A stretch of 64,000 nt of DNA from Naegleria gruberi (Eukaryota), in assembly GCA_000004985.1 (NCBI GenBank), contig GG738876.1. One strand, written 5' to 3'. The translations under genes were made by a program, and so were the position numbers. Positions 61,834 to 64,000 of this stretch are shown here, one piece after another. Numbering within the stretch: position 1 is the first letter of the stretch; each line of letters begins with the position of its first letter. The notes below the pieces were generated by a model. The model searched no databases. It saw only the letters and a program-made list of their open reading frames with translations, and was not told the DNA's origin.

Positions 61834-64000
61834 TTACTGATTATATTCCAATAACTCATCTTGCAAAGTATATAATTGTTGAGCTAATTCTTCAATACTT
61901 GGTCTCTCCTTTGGATTGTGATCCCAACATCTTTTAATGAGCTTGGTCAACTCATACACAATAGCAAAATCAGCTGATTCATCCTCCATAAACATTTCAC
62001 ACCACTCCTCACACGAATCCAAAGATTCGAATGGTATAATTGGCCTTAAATTCTTTTCACAGACCATTCTAGATAACTTGTAAGGTGACATGTACTCTGG
62101 TTTAGTTTCCAATCCTAATTTTTCCAAAACTGAGGGAATTCCACTCATATACGGATCTCTCACTTCAAATAAGAGTTGCCACATGATTATTGACAGACTG
62201 TAAATATCGACAGCAGTTGCATTTTCTGGATCAATTGACTGAATATCATTCATTTCTGGACTCATGTAAAAAACTGATCCAATATTATTAGTAATTGAAT
62301 TTTTGGTTCCTTGTGATAATAATCTACTCAATCCAAAATCACAAACTTTACAATTTTCATTCGAATCTAATAGAATATTTTGTGGTTTCAAATCTCTATT
62401 TCAAAAAATTAAAAAATCTCAATTCAAAACTTGAACACACATACCTATGAATAATCTTTCTCGGTTTCAAATTGTGTAAATATTCCACACCATTCGAAAT
62501 GGAAATTAACATTTTAATCTTTTCCACAAGTGGAAGGGCCAATGTTTTGGATTCCAATTTTAAAATTACCTTATCCAAACTTTGTTCCAAACATTCCATG
62601 ACAATGTATCGTTTCGTTGGTGAGGTAGAAACTCCATAAAAATTGATAATATTTGGATGTCGGAGTTTGCTTAATAAAATTGCTTCCACTCTGAAATCTT
62701 CCTCTGAAATATTGACATTATTCAAATCAAAGACTTTGACAGCAACAATCATTCCAGACCACATGGTTTGATAGACACTCCCTACTCCGCCCTCACCCAA
62801 TCTTTTCATTGGTTTTTCCATTCCTAATTTTTGAAGTGGAATGATAAAATCATTTTCTTTGAGTTCCTCAGCAATTGGTTCCAAATGATACGAGTTGATA
62901 ATGAGTCTTTCATCCAATGCCAAGTCAACTTGAATAATCTTTCGTTGGGCTCTATTCTTCTTAATAAGTATGGAGCTGAAAAAGGTAATGGCCACAACGA
63001 GTGCAATGCAAAGGAATAGCACAGCAATGAAACTCACAATAAAGGCAATGATTTGTCCACCATCTTGACAATTATTTCCAGAATATCCAAAATTACATTC
63101 ACAATCTCCTGTAGTTTTGCAAACTCCTCTTCCATAACAAACATGTGGATCCTTTTCGCTGATTCCAGAACATGAACTGAGCTGGCACTCCTCTCCAATG
63201 AAACTTCCCTTACATGAGCACTTGTTTCTCGAGGTGCAAATTCCACGTTCGCTTCCTCCACACGAATCTCCAATTAGTTTGGAGAAACAAATTGCATTTT
63301 CACATTGGAAACCATAATAACCATCATTGCATCGACATGAATCAGGTTCACTACAGGTTCCATTATTATTGGAGCATACTTGAGAATTGTTTGCTGTAAT
63401 TCCATAACAAATTGGAATTTCACATTGACTGCCCGTGTATTTTTCTTGACATTGACACTTGTTTGGTGACACACAAGCACCATGGTTGTGACAAACTGAC
63501 AAGGTTTCATTATCAGGAATCCCAAAGCATACAGCCAAACATTCAGTTCTATTAGAATCTAATTGATAACCCTCATTACACATTGGAGTTAATCTCATAA
63601 TGGTATCGTACAATGCAAGGTAAATTGTGTTATCGCTAGTGACCTGAATATCTGAAAGGATGCCATCATGATTAACTGTTGTTCTAATTTTCCCTTTGGA
63701 AACAATTCTAAGCATATAATTAAGCGTGTCACCAATCACCAAGTCTCCATTACTAAGGAAGGAGACAGCTCTTGGGTAGGATAATTTAACTTGTAGAGGA
63801 TCAGTGCCAGAACTGAAACCTTCCTCTCCAGATCCAGCAATTGTAGAAATTTCATAATGATCATCTTTTTTAGTCAACTTTCTAATACGATGATTACTCG
63901 TGTCTGAAAAAACAATATCCTTAGTTATTGGATTTATGGCTAATCCAGTTGGTGATCTTAGATTTGCTAAAATACCAATGCTGCCATCACCTGAAAATCC
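61834..64000 (-). CDS. Receptor-like protein kinase, 5'-partial (runs off window end). Extracellular NHL-repeat region plus tandem Cys-rich EGF-like modules, a single TM and a cytoplasmic Ser/Thr (TKL-like) kinase. Two exons visible: 62445..>64000 and 61834..62395 (49-bp intron 62396..62444).
   Basis: NHL-like repeats (LAINPITKDIVFSDTSNHRIRKL, VSFLSNGDLVIGDTLNYMLRIV). At least five CxCxxGYxGxxC EGF modules. TM IIAFIVSFIAVLFLCIALVVAITFF. Kinase motifs GEGGVGSVY, AVK, HRDLKPQNIL (split across the GTATGT...AATAG intron), DFG and SPE. Confidence 0.8.

Noticed and set aside
1-64000. Prokaryotic-type defence systems, operons, CRISPR arrays, integrons or mobile elements
   Set aside because: The sequence is eukaryotic: it has spliceosomal introns, a U2 snRNA, a 7SL RNA and monocistronic genes with AAAA-ATG contexts. 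No direct-repeat arrays, transposase or integrase/RT ORFs or terminal inverted repeats were seen.

Overview
The window is eukaryotic nuclear DNA, not prokaryotic. Composition, codon usage, Asn/Ser/Gln-rich low-complexity coding tracts, AAAA-ATG start contexts and GTAAGT...AG introns point to a dictyostelid-like amoebozoan chromosome. Intergenic spacers are less extreme than in D. discoideum, so the species is probably another dictyostelid. It is gene-dense, with about 33 protein-coding genes on both strands. Most are single-exon or carry a few very short introns (about 33-110 bp). Many spliced models are supported by conserved-domain continuity across exon junctions (S10 carboxypeptidase, SDR, RhoGEF, ABC transporter, receptor kinase). 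Recognisable products include Arp2, RLP24, a myotubularin phosphatase, a NO66/MINA-type JmjC oxygenase, a DExH Ski2/DDX60-like helicase, a CAMSAP-type CKK-domain protein, a Cabin1/Hir3-like TPR protein, a DH-PH RhoGEF, an ABCB half-transporter, an S10 serine carboxypeptidase, a G8-domain CEMIP/TMEM2-like surface protein, a longin SNARE, an atypical N-acylated Rab-like GTPase, F-box proteins and an NHL/EGF receptor-like kinase that runs off the window end. The most notable structure is a small-RNA gene cluster between 51.0 and 60.1 kb. It contains an SRP (7SL) RNA gene, a decayed tRNA-Lys(CUU) remnant, an intact tRNA-Glu(UUC), a 5S rRNA gene and a U2 snRNA gene, with Pol III terminators and candidate upstream elements. 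There are no CRISPR arrays, no mobile elements and no prokaryote-type defence or operon systems. Coordinates of splice sites are hand-derived and may be off by 1-2 nt.
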